From Squalus acanthias (lineage: Eukaryota): a DNA stretch of 64,000 nucleotides. The notes beneath the pieces were generated by a model. The model was not told the origin of the DNA. It did no database searches and saw only the letters and a list, made by a program, of their open reading frames with translations. The translations under genes were made by a program, and so were the position numbers. Positions 26,268 through 39,807 of the stretch are shown here, piece by piece (positions within the stretch are counted from its first letter, which is position 1; each line of letters opens with the position of its first letter). Location of the stretch: positions 7,318,001 through 7,382,000 of the forward strand of contig CM059433.1 in the NCBI GenBank assembly GCA_030390025.1. Reading direction: 5' to 3'.

Positions 26268-27572
26268 ATACAAACTAGGAGCAGGAGTAGGCCCCTCGAG
26301 CCTGCTCCGCCATTCAATAAGATCATGGCTGATCTGATTACTCCACATTCCCGCCTACCCCCGATAACCTTTCACCCCTTTGCTTATCAAGAATCTATCT
26401 ACCTCTGCCTTAAAAATATTCAAAGACTCTGCTTCCACTGCCCTCTGAGGAAGAGAGTTCCAAAGACTCACAACCCTCTGTGAGAATTTTTTTCTCCCTC
26501 ATCTCTGTCTTAAATGGGCGACCCCTTATTTTTAAACAGTGACCCCAGTTCTAGATTCTCCCACAAGAGGCAACATCCTCTCCACAGCCACCCTGTCCAG
26601 ACCCCTCAGGATCTTACATGTTTCAATCAAGTCACCTCTTACTCTTCTAAACTCCAGCGGATACAAGCCTAGCCTGTCCAACCTTTCCTCATAAGACAAC
26701 CCGCCCATTCCAGGTATTAGTCTAGTAAACCTTCTCTGAACTGCTTCCAACGCATTTACATCCTTCCTTAAATAAGGAGACCAATACTGTACACAGTACT
26801 CCAGATGTGGTCTCACCAATGCCCTGTATAACTGAAGCATAACCTCCCTACTTTTGTATTCAATTCCCCTCGCAATAAACGATAACATTCTATTAGCTTT
26901 CCTAATTACTTGCTGTACCTGCATAGTAACCTTTTGCGATTCATGCACTAGAACACCCAGATCCCTCTGCATCTCAGAGCTCGGCAGTCTCTCACCATTT
27001 AGATAATATGCTTCTTTTTTATTCTTCCTGCCAAAATGGACAATTTCACATTTTCCCACATTTTCCCACATTATACTCCATTTGCCAGATCTTTGTCCAC
27101 TCACTTAACCTATCTATAGCCCTTTGTAGCCTCCTTATATCCTCTTCACAATTTACTTTCCTACCTATCTTTGTGTCATCAGCAAATTTAGCAGCCATAC
27201 CTTCGGTCCCTTCATCCAAGTCACTTATATAAATTGTAAAAAGTTGAGGCCCCAGCACTGATCCCTGTGGCACACCACTCATTACATCTTGCCAACCAGA
27301 AAATGACCCATTTATGCCTACTCTCTATTTCATGTGAGAAGTCGCACAACACCAGGTTATAGTCCAACAGCTTTATTTGAAATCACAAGCTTTCGGAGCG
27401 CTGCTCCTTCGTCAGGTGGCTTCACATTTGTCCACCCCAGTCCAACACCGGCATCGCCACATCATCTCTATTTCCTGTTAGCTAGCCAATCTTCTATCCA
27501 TGCCAATATGTTACCCCCTACACCATGAGCTTTTATTTTCCGCAATAACCTTTGATGTGGCACCTTATCAAA
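26268..27572 (-). mobile_element. CR1 LINE fragment
   Basis: [37 protein letters not shown]. Confidence 0.92.
27332..27464. mobile_element. Short hammerhead-bearing retroelement with 5' inversion, nested in CR1
   Basis: TSD TCTCTATTTC (27322-27331, 27465-27474); hammerhead on minus strand 27383-27418; same 3' end as 15112-15330. Confidence 0.8.
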
Positions 27573-27694
27573 AAGTTTAAACTTTTTTTTTCAGTTTGCT
27601 AATCTGTAACCACCGTGACATGCAAAATCACACCCAAGAGACTGGGTGATGTTCAAGTATTATTAAAAGCGTAGGCTGAGATTTCTCCTACCCT

Positions 27695-28135
27695 CCATAA
27701 ACTTGAGGTCATCCAAACCTCTGCTGCCCGTGTCCTAACTCGTACCAAGTCCCGTTCACCCATCACCCCTGTGCTCGCTGACCTGGCTTCCGGTTAAGCA
27801 ACGCCTCGATTTCAAAATTCTCAGCCTTGTTTTCAAATCCCTCCATAGCTCCAATTCTGGCCTCTTGAGCATCCCCGATTTTAATCGCTCCACCATTGGT
27901 GGCCATGCCTTCAGCTGCCAAGGCTCTAAGCTCTGGAATTCCCTCTCTAAACCTCTCTGCCTCTCTACTTCTCTTTCCTCCTTTAAGACTCTCCTTAAAA
28001 TCTACCTCTTTGACCAAGCTTTTGATCATCTGTCCTAATCTCTCCTTATGTGGCTTGGTGTCAAATTTTGTTTGCTAACGCTCCTGTGAAGCGGCTTGGG
28101 ACGTTTTACTATGTTAAAGACGCTGTATAAATACA
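27695..28135 (+). mobile_element. L2-like LINE 3' fragment
   Basis: Similar to 18690-19200; tail interrupted by the Penelope element. Confidence 0.85.
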
Positions 28136-29837
28136 GTCCCCATCCACCACAACCTCCTGTGCCTGGTTGAACTTGTTCTCACCTTGAACAACTTCTCCTT
28201 TGACTCCACTCACTTCCTCCAAATAAAAGGTTGCTGTGGGAACACGCATGGGCCCTTGCTGTGCCTGCCTTTTCGTGGGATATGTGGAACATTCTTTGTT
28301 CCAGTCCTACTCGGGTCTCCTCCCTCACCTCTTTTTCCGGTACATTGATGACTCTATCAGTGCTGTTTCCTGCTCTCGCCCTGAACTGGAAAATTTCATT
28401 CACTTTGCTTCCAATTTCCACCCTTCCCTCACCTTTACGTGGTCCATCTCCGACTCTTCCCTTCCCTTCCTCGACTTCTCTGTCTCCATTTCTGGGGTAG
28501 GCTTTCGACCAACATCCACCATAAGCCCACTGACTCCCACAGCTACTTTGATTACACTACCTCCCACCCCGCTTCCTGGAAGGACTCTATTCTATTCTCC
28601 CAGTTTCTCCGCCTCCGTCGCATCTTCCCCCAAAGAACTATTCATGTTGCGTTTCCTGCGCATCCATTGTGTTAAAACCAAGACAAGCAAAGGCCACTGA
28701 CTCCTCTAGGGACCCAATTTCTGGAAGCATTTATAGCTGCTCTTTATGACTAACATATGCTTCCGATATGTCCTTTTTCCTCAACCGAGGATTCCCCTCG
28801 ACTGTGGTTGACACGGCCCTTGACCGTGTCCGTTCCATTTCCCGTACTTCTGCTCTCACCCCTTCCCCTCCCTCCCGGAACCACGTTGGCCTTGTCTTCA
28901 CCTTTCACCCCACCAGCCTCCACATTCAACATATCATCCTCTGCCATTTCCGCCACCTCCAGCGTGATCCCACCACCAAACACATCTTCCCCTCCCCTTT
29001 CAGCATTCCGAAGAGACCGCTCCCTCCGCAACACCCTGGTCCACTCCTCAATCACCCCAACACCCCTTCCCCTTCGCCCGGCACCTTCCCGTGCAAACGC
29101 AGGAGATGCAACACCTGCCCTTTTACCTGTCTTCCACTGTCCAGGGCCCCAAACACTCCTTCCAGGTGAAACTTGTACTTGTTACTTCTTGCAATTTAGT
29201 ATACTGTATTCGCTGCTCACGATGCGGTCTCCTCTACATTGGGGAGACCAAACGCAGATTGGGTGACCGCTTTGCGGAGCACCTCCGTTCGGTACGGAAG
29301 AGTGACCCCGAGCTTCCGGTCGCTTGTCACTTTAATTCTCTGCTCTACTCCTTCTCTGACCTCGACCTCTTACACTGTTCCAATGAAGCTCAACGTAAGC
29401 TCGAGGAACAGCACCTCATCTTTCGATTAGACATTTTACAGCCTTCTGAACTCAACATAGAGTTCAACAATTTCAGACCATAACCTCTGCCCCTATTTTT
29501 TTCAGACAGCAGCTGTTGATGATTCTGCCATTCCCATTTACACTTCATCTAGAGTCATCTTTTGTTTCATTACTTGTCCCATTACCATCTCCTTTTGCCT
29601 CGCACCATCATCCCTTTTGTCATTTAATCTCTCCTGCCTTTCACCCTATCACAGACCTTCCCTTTTGTTCTTTCCTCCCCTCCCCCTTTCCCTGCCTCTG
29701 CACTTGATTAAAACCTGTTACATCTCTAACTTTTTCGTTTCTGACGAAAAGTCATCGACCTGAAACGTTAACTCTGTTTCTCTCTCCACAGATGCTGCCT
29801 GACCTGTTGAGTATTTCCAGCATTTTCTGTTTTTCTA
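28136..29837 (+). mobile_element. Penelope-like retroelement, 5'-truncated, decayed RT + GIY-YIG endonuclease
   Basis: GTRMGP...FFRYIDD (RT); VYCIRCSRCGLLYIGETKRRLGDRFAEH (GIY-YIG); degraded hammerhead at 29741-29770; TATAAATACA duplicated on both sides. Confidence 0.92.
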
Positions 29838-30877
29838 TATAAATACAAGTTCTTGTTGTTGCTAATGGTAATCGGGAATGGTCCATTGCTTTCTGCCCAT
29901 CAGTAGCAGGAGAAAGAGAAGGGCAGTTCTTAACAAGAAATTTAGGCAGGAACAAGCTAAATCTGGTTGGTCTTATCTCTGTGACAGTACCTCTGTTTCG
30001 AAAGTTGATCAATTATCAACTTTTATACAGCAAGAGAATCCTGACACTGCACATGTTGATTCATTTCAGCTCTGGGGGCCTGGGATGGGCCCCCTCAAGA
30101 TAAAAGGCCACTCTACCTATTGGTACCTGAAGGTTGCTGAGCCCTGATTGAAAATGAAGCCACAACAAATAAGATATTCTGGGGAGACGTTAGCACGTAA
30201 CTTTGTTTTGATTTCTGTTGTTCTGAGGAAGAAATTACAAAGTTAGGATGTGTTACTAATTAGGAATAATTTTTGTGACCCATAGAAACTGCAACAGGAG
30301 ATCTCACCAAAGCGGCGCAGTAGCTCCGACAGGGAGTAAAGGATTATAACTGAAAGATTAACTTTTCGTTTAAGTTAACAGAATTTAGTAAAATTTGCAC
30401 CGCCTACATTTTTAATTCACAGCATCATCTTGCCACAGCTGGAGCTGCTTGAACAATTTCCAACTCTCTGTCATTTTTTTTCTAGTGGGGTTTTTGAGGG
30501 GTATGTTAATCGCCATTGCTCATTTTTCTACTTGATCTTTAAAACACTGAGAATTGGAATTTTCTGTCTGTGCTGTTGAAACTGGTAATTCAGCTCACCC
30601 AAATATCCATTTTGATTCTTTTTCTAATCTAGCCCTAATGCAAGTGTCAGATGAATTATTTAAAAGTGGGATACAAAGTGTTTCCACAGAACAATCTTCA
30701 TATTCTCCTGTCACACATGTCTTTCTAAATACCCTGCACAGACAATACTCTGAACAGAAAGGGTAACCTTAAGATACTTGTGTGGATGTGAAAAACACTA
30801 CCCAGGTAGTAAATGTAGCATTTGTGGATTTATAAGTTTAAACCTCTTAACGCCTACTGTGTGTTTTCTTTATCCAG

Positions 30878-30956
30878 TCAGTAGATTCCAGTTTGGGTGG
30901 TCTTTCTAGATCTAGTACAGTGGCTAGTCTTGATACAGACTCCACAAAGAGCTCAG
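30878..30956 (+). CDS. ITGB1BP1: ITGB1BP1 coding exon 2
   Basis: 79 nt; [26 protein letters not shown](G). Confidence 0.96.
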
Positions 30957-31812
30957 GTATTGTACTGCAAAATTCTTCAATCTTTAATTATACTGTAAGT
31001 GAAAGTTCAGATATACTGTAATATGTGTAATATTGAAAGCCCCCTTCTGTTCTCAGACCCTAGCTGCTAGTATGTTAGCTTTTTTAATAATAGTCAAAAT
31101 AGCAGTGGGCAGATCAAGATTCCCATCATTTTACTACAGATGTTTTATTTGTGACTTAAAAAAAATGTCAACACCATAGCAACGTGTTGATACCAGTATT
31201 TAGATTGTTCCAAAACTCTTGAAGTCTCAGAATTAGATCTGTCCACTATCATAATTTAAGCAGATCATTTGCTGGTACAATCTCACTCTGATGATTCAGC
31301 AGGTAAATGCACCAAGTTATGTGACTCTAAGCCACACAGAATAGGAAGATCCCACATCCTATTCTAGTTCTGTACTAAGTTGGGCAATCTTTGCGGTGGT
31401 TGAGGTGTCGCTGCAGCAATTGACCTCCAAATCTTCAGGTTATTGAGGGGGGGAAATGATTGGGGTACCCATTCCAAATAGCTAGTGAACCTTCTGGAAA
31501 CAGAAAGTTGGGACCAAGTGTCATTTGGAGAATTTTTCAGCTGACTTCACCCTTGGAGTAATGTAGTCAGATCTAGGAGGAATAAGGAAGACCCAGGACT
31601 TGAGACTATAGAAGGAAGACAAAATGAAAACGTGCCAACAGTTGTGTGAACAGTAGGAAGACAAAGCAGATTCTCCTAGAATAATATTTAAAGCCCTTTT
31701 AATGTTAAAAGGTCTCCATCCCTCACACTCCTAAAACATTTCCCTGTCTCCCTGTGCTACATAGCAACTTTCTCCTAGGTTTTTGTCATTGTCACACTTG
31801 AGCCTCCAATCT

Positions 31813-31948
31813 CATCTTCCCCAAAGAACTATTCATGTTGTGTTTCCTGTGCATCCATTGTGTTAAAACCAAGACAAGCAAAGGACATCTGACTCCTCTA
31901 GGGACCCAATTTCTGGAAGCATTTATAGCTGCTCTTTATGACTAACAT
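31813..31948 (+). repeat. 136-bp intronic segment duplicated at 28621-28756
   Basis: Near-identical direct copies 3.2 kb apart. Confidence 0.9.
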
Positions 31949-33114
31949 TTTATGACAGCGTTCTCTAGCAGGCCCACGCATAATGCATTTTCAAACTAAT
32001 GTTGAGTGCAGAGGCTTTTAATGTGGTTCAGCCAAAAAAAACGTGATAAGTGAAAGTGCTGAACTACAGCATTTATTAAAGTGTTTACTTCTAGGAATTA
32101 AACCGGTCTTCTTTGAAAATTTCAGTGGGAGATTCAGCTGTTAGTATATTTTATGCAAAATAGATTTTTTTTAAAAATTGTTCATCAAGAAATAAAAATC
32201 TGTTGCTTCATTCAAATGGGCCTCCTGGTGGGTCAGTTGAGATGCAGCATCGGCCTTCATTTAGATGTTCAGAATGCTCATTTATCTGATCAAGGAATAT
32301 ATGAGATATGGGAGGGAAGAGAGTGAATTGCAAAAAAAATTAAAATTGTCAATGTTTTGTTTTTTCCTCAAAAACTTACCTTAGTGCACAATGCCCCCAT
32401 TAATGTAATTCGTAGAATCTTACAGCACAGAAGGAGGCCATTCGGCCCATCGTGCCTGTGCCGGCTCTTTGGTAGAGCTATCCAATTAATCCCACTCCCC
32501 TGCTCTTTCCCCACAGCCCTGTAAATTTTTCCACTTCACGTATACATCCAATTCCATTTTGAAAGTTATTATTGGATCTGCTTCCGCCACCCTTTCAGGC
32601 AGTGCATTCTAGATCATCACAACTCACTGCGTAGATTTACTTTTCCTCATGTCATCGCTGGTTCTTTTGCCAATTAGTGTCCTCTGGTTACTGACCCTTC
32701 TGCCACTGGAAACAGTTTCTCTTTATTTACTCTATCAAAACCAGTCATGATTTTGAACACCTCTATCAAATCTCCCTACATTATTACATTACAACAGTGA
32801 CTACACTCCAAAAGTACCTCATTGTAAAGCGCTTTGAGACGTCCGGTGGTCGTGAAAGGCGCTATATAAATGCGAATCTATCTTTCTTTCTTTCTTAACC
32901 TTCTCTGCTCTAAGGAGAACCCCAGGTTCTCCAGTCTCCACATAACTGAAGTCCGTCATCCCTGGAACCATTCTAGTAAATCTCTTCTGCACCCTCTCCA
33001 AGGCCTTGACATCCTTCCTAAAGTGTGGTGCCCAGAATTGATCACAATACTCCAGCTGAGGCCTAACCAGTGTTTTATAAAGGTTCATCATAACTTCTTG
33101 CTTTTGTACTCTAT

Positions 33115-36100
33115 GGGCTCGATTTTGCCAGGCCCGAGGAGGCGGGATTGGAGGCGTGTGAGTTGTTAAAATCGCCAAAAATGGTGGGCGGGCCCGATCC
33201 TGCCTCCGAGCAATTTTCCCAAATGCATGTTTTCTGACCCCCTTTCCATCCCGCCTCCAAGAGGCGGGATAGGCCCTTCAAGCCCTTAACAACCACTTAA
33301 TTGCCTCTATAAACCCATTTTGAGAGGCCTTTCTGATTTTTAGACATTCCCCCATCCTACACGCCTCCTCTGGAACACGCCAGGTAATGCTGGCGGCCTC
33401 ACAAGTGGATTGCTTACTCACAGCTGCAGCTCCACCATTACAAAGGAGTTTCACCAATGATCATTTGCAGGTGGCAGAACTTTGTTGTTTCAGGTCTGGG
33501 GGAACTTTTAGCAGGCACACTCAGTGTTGTGGAGGTTTGGAGCCTGACACCCATCTGCAGTGTGACCTCCTGGGAAACCCCTCTCCCCACCTTGACTAAG
33601 CGCTTCCTCAACTGAGGCATATACCAGAAGCATGGCGACCATTTCATTCCTTTTCTCCTGGACATCAGATTCGGATGCAGAGCAGCCGCGGGTGCAGCAG
33701 AACCATGAGCAACAGCAGGAGCATCAACAGGAGCACCAAGCTGCTAATCACCCACCTGAAATGCACAGGCCAGAAGGCGCCAGCGCGCGACAACATTGCT
33801 GCTCGGGATGCAAGGGACGCGCTCAGCCTAGCCAGATTTGCTCAGCCTGCACAATCACACTTTAGTCTCGCTCCTTCTTACCAGAGCATCGACATTGGAC
33901 AAGAATCTGCGGAATCCTATCACTATGACCACCATTCTGACAATCGCAAGGCGCCCTAAGCCCTCAATGTGAAAGTCCCATTTGCGAAATGACACAGGCC
34001 ACAACTTCAACAGTTTGCCATCAAAACACTTTATAATACAATCACAATGATGGCTGGTCCAAAAACAAAACAACACAGCACCCAAGTGACTACCCTTGTG
34101 ACTACTTGTGCTTTATCTTCCTCTTATGCATGCTCCTACGTGGTGCTTCCCCTGTGGCTTCAGCAGATGTGGAGGTCCCTTGCTCACTCTCTTGCTGCTC
34201 CTGTCTCTACACCTTTGGCGGGCGTCCTCTGGGGTGGCGAACCTGTGCGGGCTCGCCAACAGTCTGCTGCTCCTGCGGCTGTGCAAGGGCTGAGATGCCC
34301 ATCTCAGTTGGGTGAGGACTCTGGTGGGGCTCTGACCGAGGGCTTTGCTGTGGCATGGTCGTGTGAGCACTTGGAGAGGAGCCCCCACTTCCTTGTTGTC
34401 TGCCACCAACATCCCTCTCATGGGTCAGCCCCACTTCAGAGCTAGCAAGTGGCTTGACAGCACCTTGCTGCACTGCAGGGGGGCCATGAGGACCCGTTTC
34501 TGCACTGGAAGTCCTACTCCAGAGGACTTGCATGAAGGTCTGGTTTGTTTGCTCAATAGCTGACCATCACTCCTCAAGAGATGTCATTCTATTCTGAACA
34601 ATGACCATGTTTTCAATACCCTGGCGACTAAGCTCCTTCATGGACATAGCCATCCTCTCCTCTATGGTAGCCAGACTTACCATGGAGGTAGCCATCCTTT
34701 CCACGTAGGTTGCCATCCTTTCCGCGGTGATGCGTTCATGCGCCAATGCCTCCACAAAGGCTCTGCTCATGTTCGCGATGGACTCCTCCATTCGCTCCAC
34801 ACTCGCAGCGACCCTGGAGACAAAACCTGCCAGAGACTCCTGCACCTGTTCCTGGAGTTCCAGCACCGCTCTCCTTCTGGATGGACCCGGAGGCACAGGG
34901 TCGACATGCAGCGGAGCTGAACTGGCAGAGTCCTGCGCCCTCCGACGAGGACTCTCCACTGCTGTCCCTGTCTCCACCATCTGCTGATGCTCACTTGTGA
35001 GTTGTGATACACCAAGTGACAACACTACTCTATCTCGCGAATGTCCCTCGGAGGTGTGAGTGTCTGCGCTGGTGCTGAGTGCACTGAATTCTGTTGATGC
35101 TGCGCCCTCAGAGGTTGCAGCTTCCGCTGAGGAGTCTGGAGGCTCAGGCTGTTCCTCCTGGATAGTGGGGACGGGGGCTTTCGATGGTCCTGTGGGGGAG
35201 TAAAGGAAAGAGTTAAGAGATGTGAGGCCAAGGTTACATGCACATTGAATATTGCAGATGATCATAAGTCAATCTGTTCGAGCATCAGAATCATTATCAG
35301 TGACTCATGCTATGTCAATGAGAGAGATTCCAAACTATTCTGTCACCAGCTTGCTGTGATGCGCCCGTCTGTCCGTCCCCCACTTGGGTATCCTCCTCGA
35401 TCCCAGCAATTTCCAGGGCCGCCTCCTCCCAGGGGGTGAGCTGGGCTACTGAGGGTGGCCCTCCTCCTGTCATGGCTCTTTCCCTCTTATTGTGGGCTCT
35501 CTTTTCCTGCAATGAGGGACACAAGTGGAGTTTGAGTGAGAATTAAGGAGTGAGTGTAGAGAATCCATAGCATAGATGCTGAGAAGGATCCTCCCTGTGT
35601 GTTGAAAGTTGTTGTTGTCATGGCATCACAGTGATGGGGAGTGTGAGGGCTGCATGGTCGAATAGTTAAGTGAATGTGACCATAGAGAGAGAGGGAATGG
35701 GTAAGGGTGCAGGGATGTAAGTGGCATGTGGAGGAAGAGGTTGGCAAAGCAGAGTGCTGGTGAGGAGAGGCGATGGGGATCAGATTGAGGGTGATGGGAA
35801 AGTCATACTCACTTTTCCTGTGCGGAGGTCATGAAACCTCTTCCTGCATTGCAGCCAGGTTCTGCGGCTCAGCGAGATGGAGCTGACCTCCTGGGCCACT
35901 TGTAGCCACACAGCTTTTGTCTGCTGGGGTGGCTTTTTCCTCCCTGAGGAAGGGAACAGCACCTCCTTATTACATCTGGCTCCGTGCACCAGAGCTTGGA
36001 GGGAGGGCTCATCAATTCGAGGAGCACACTTTTGCTTGATCGTTGACATTTTCCACAATTCAACTCCTTCATATAAATTGCAGAGCCTTTGCAGTCTCCA

Positions 36101-36328
36101 GAAGAATCAAGGCTGCTTGCAGGCCTTAAATCCAACAGCATTGATGACGTCATCGGAGGCGGCTTTCTGTATGAAAAGACTCATTGGGCCAGTGGTTCCC
36201 ACACGCAGGAAATCAATTGCCCAATTAGGGGAAAATCCCACTTTTTCAACACATCACTTCGGAGTCGGGGTCCTGACACGATTTCCACCTGACACACCCA
36301 GCCCGCCCACACTGACAAAATCCAGCCC
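33115..36328. mobile_element. PIF/Harbinger DNA transposon, transposase internally deleted, Myb/SANT gene retained
   Basis: TIRs GGGCTCGATTTTGCCAG / CTGACAAAATCCAGCCC; TSD TAT; transposase N- and C-terminal remnants at 33632-33860. Confidence 0.9.
34567..36049 (-). CDS. Harbinger Myb/SANT-like DNA-binding protein, spliced (36049-35813, 35506-35347, 35189-34567; 339 aa, probably prematurely terminated)
   Basis: W-spaced Myb pattern KAVWLQVAQEVSS...RTWLQCRKRFHDL; TGGGP motif; canonical GT-AG introns with matching phases. Confidence 0.65.
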
Positions 36329-37307
36329 TATGCCTGTATTAATAAAGCTAAAGATCCCATATGCTTTTTTAACAGCCGTCTCAACTTGTCCTGTCACCTT
36401 CGAAGATTTGTGTATGTACAGCCCCAGGTCTGTTCCTGCATCCCCTTTAAAATTGTACCATTTAGTTTATATTGTCTCTCCTCAGTCTTCCGACCAAAAT
36501 GCATCACTTCACACTTCTCTGTGCTAAATTTCATCTGCCATGTGTCTGCCCACTTCATCAGTCTCTCTATGTCCTCCTGAAGTCTGTTACTATCGTCACT
36601 GTTTACTACATTTCTGAGTTTTGTGTCATCTGCAAACTTTGAAATTATAGTGCACAATGCCCCAAGTAGATTACTAATTGTTTTACATAGGAGCATAGAT
36701 TCTGCCTATTTTTAAAGGTCAACAATATATGGTGCACAAAGTAATACTGTACCTTTTGATAAATAGATGTAAGTATTTATTTATATAAAAAAGCTGGACT
36801 CCATGATAGCACATTGGCTTAAAATGATGAGCTAAACAGCCCAGGCCGATGGTGGTCTGTGCTGAGCTCACAGTTGATCTCAGCTGGAAGAGGCAGTAGG
36901 GGCACCACAATTGACCTCTATGCCCAGGCTAAGGAGGGGAAATATCAGCTGGGGTTCCCAAGGTCTGTGAAGCCTTCTCCCACAAATATACTGCTGAACT
37001 CGCATAAAAAATGCCTACTTGGGCAGGCTACCAGAAAATTGCAGTGGCCTGTGGAAAAATACCCCAGCGTGAGTCGAAAGATGAGGGAAGAAAACTGGGG
37101 GTTTGGGTGGGTGGGGGGAAGTTAGTTGGCTGCTTTTCAATATTCCATAAATCACAGCTTGAATAAAACATCCATCAGTGAAAGCAGAAACACCCGGTGC
37201 TAATTCTGCTGGAAGATTTAAAGTAATGCAAGGAATCTATTGTTGCTAATTACTGCGACACAATTTTTGGGCAAAAGACATATCGTGTTTTTGTGCTTTT
37301 GTTACAG

Positions 37308-37444
37308 GACAGAGTAACAGTAACTTTGACACATGCACTGAATTCCGAGTGAAGTATTTAGGTGCTATTGAAAACTTAAAAGCCAGTTTATTTGAATGTC
37401 TTCAAGGACCACAAGATTTGATTAATTATATTGATTTGGCACAG
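37308..37444 (+). CDS. ITGB1BP1: ITGB1BP1 coding exon 3 (PTB domain start)
   Basis: 137 nt; [45 protein letters not shown]. Confidence 0.95.
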
Positions 37445-38396
37445 GTAAGATAATGGAATTTTAAAGAACGCTTGTTAACTTATCTGTCGTGAACAAACTT
37501 TTCTTTTGCATACATAATTTCATTACCTACTGGTTTGTGCTGCTCTCTTGTAAGCAAGTTCTGCATAGTACCACTGACCCATCAAATTGACATCCGATCT
37601 TTTTCTAAAAGATCCTTTACATGGGACACGGGCACCAATACTGGGACAGAAAGGAGCTGTACCGATGGGACGGGCTCCACCTGAATCGGAATGGGACCAG
37701 TGTCCTAGCGGAAAGGGTAAATAGGGAGGTGGCAAAAGGCTTTAAACTAATAAGACGGGGGAGAGGGATCTACAAGAAATGAAACAAGCCTGAATATAAA
37801 CGAAACAGGAAAGGAGAGCATAGGACAGACTAAACTAAGGGAGGACATAAATGGCCAGGGAATAAATATAGGAGTGTAAAAAGATGGTTAAAAATAAAGT
37901 TCGAGGAACTGCTGTTATGGCCGGAATTTTCCCGTTGCTGAGCGGCAGTAAAAATCGCCAAAATTGCCAGCGCGTCAGGAACCCGCCGTCAACCGCAATT
38001 AACTCGGGCATGTTTGGAGGCACGCGCGGACCCGATCGGAAGAGGCGGGCGACCTCATTCAAGTCATTAAATGCTTGTTGAGAGACCCTTAAGAGGGTTT
38101 TTAACACCAGCTTTTGGGTTTAACTTCAGAAGGGGAGGCGGAAGCTCAGTAGCCATTGTGCGTGTCCATTAATTGAGAGCTGGAAAAAACACATAAATGC
38201 TCCCACATTACACCTGATTACTTGGCTAATGGAAAGGCTCTTACTGACACCATTTTGTGCAGAGATAGAGCTGTCAGCAGTTTGCAGGTCACTTCTGCAA
38301 CCTCGGAAGCCATTCTCACCACGTTGCTAGTCACTATCACAACATTGAGGGATTGGGCCTTTGATCTCCACTTTACCTACCATCTATTACATCAGC

Positions 38397-39532
38397 ATGG
38401 GTGCCGCTTATGCTGTCTCACCTTGGACTTCAGAATCAGACCAAGATGAGCCCCACCACCACTAGCAGCAGCAGCAACCACAACACCAGCCTTCCTCCTC
38501 AACGACCTAATGCTGCACAGGAGGGAGTCAGCACAGGGCTGCAGCGCACCGGAGGCGATGCCCCCAACACAGGGTATACAGGTAGAGGATGAGCTTCCTG
38601 GACATGACTGAGCAGCAGTGCTTCAGGAGGCTCAGGCTATCGTGCCAGGTCGTCGCGGCCATTTGTAGCTTGCTGGAACAAGACCTGTTGCCCAGAGGAC
38701 CTGGTGGACACGCCTTACCAGTGGCTGGCAAAGTCACCACCACCCTCAACTTCTTCGCCTCAAGCTCATTCCAAGGATTTGCAGCAGACATTTGCAGGAT
38801 CTTGCAGTCGGCCATACACAGATGCATCACCCAGGTGACCGATGCCATGTTTGACAAGTCAACCAATTATGTCAACTTTGCCACTGATTAAGCCAGTGTT
38901 ACTGAGCGTGCGCTCTTCTTTGCGGCTCTGGCTGGCTTCCCACAGGTGCAGGGCCTCATCAATTGCACACATGCGGCCATCAAAGCACCCCCTCATCACC
39001 CATGAGTGTTTGTGAACCGCAAGGGCTTCCGCTCTCTCAATGTGCAGCTCGTCTGCAACCATAAAAAGATCATCATGCATGTGTGTGCCAGATTCGCTGG
39101 CAGCTGTCATATCTCTTTCGTGCTGTGCCAGTCCACCCTACCTCAGCTCTTCGCATCTCCAAACAGACTTACTGGCTGGCTGTTTGAAGACAAGGACTAT
39201 CCACTGAAGATGTGGCTGAAGACACCCTTGAGGAGGCCAAGTAATGAGGCTGAGCATTATAATGAGAGCCACATGTCCACCAAATGTGTCATTGAGCAAG
39301 CAATAGGCATGCTGAAGATGCGCTTCAGATGCCTTGACAGATCTGGAGGAGCCCATCAGCCAGGGTCTCCTGAATCATTGCCGTTTGCTGCGCACTGCAC
39401 AACAGAGCGCAGCAGCGAGGATTGGAGCTGCAGGAGGAGCAAGGTGCAGAGCGCACAGCCTCTTCAGAGGAGGAACAACCTGAGGTGGAGATTGTTGCCA
39501 GGGATGGCCTCATCATGGCCAGATTTACTTAA
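38397..39532 (+). pseudogene. Harbinger (HARBI1-like, DDE) transposase pseudogene
   Basis: [13 protein letters not shown] (first catalytic D appears as N), [39 protein letters not shown]; in-frame stops. Confidence 0.9.
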
Positions 39533-39807
39533 CTTGCTCCAATGTGCCCATATGGCTGCCATATGCTGTACTAAGTCCATCCCCCCCACAACAACACCAT
39601 AAAGCATCCCTACAATGACCAAGCCATTCCTGTCACCCAAACCCCTATTGCTCGAAGTTAAGTAATATCTCGCCATTCACTCCAAGTAACTTCCAAGGTA
39701 GCAGGCAAAAATAGACAAGACCAGAAAGTGGTGCAACGAAATACATTTATCTATGTCATAAAAATAACAAACTTAACACTAACATTTGTTCATACACCCA
39801 TGTGCAT

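Larger units (their letters stand above)
32412..36650 (-). mobile_element. CR1 fragment split by a Harbinger insertion (CR1 parts 32412-33114 and 36329-36650)
   Basis: LYKTLVRPQLEYCDQFWAP on the left, SKFADDTKL on the right; sequence is contiguous across the insertion. Confidence 0.85.

Noticed and set aside
38397..39602. Host HARBI1 gene
   Set aside because: In-frame stops, catalytic D replaced by N, and enclosed by TIRs, so it is a transposon copy
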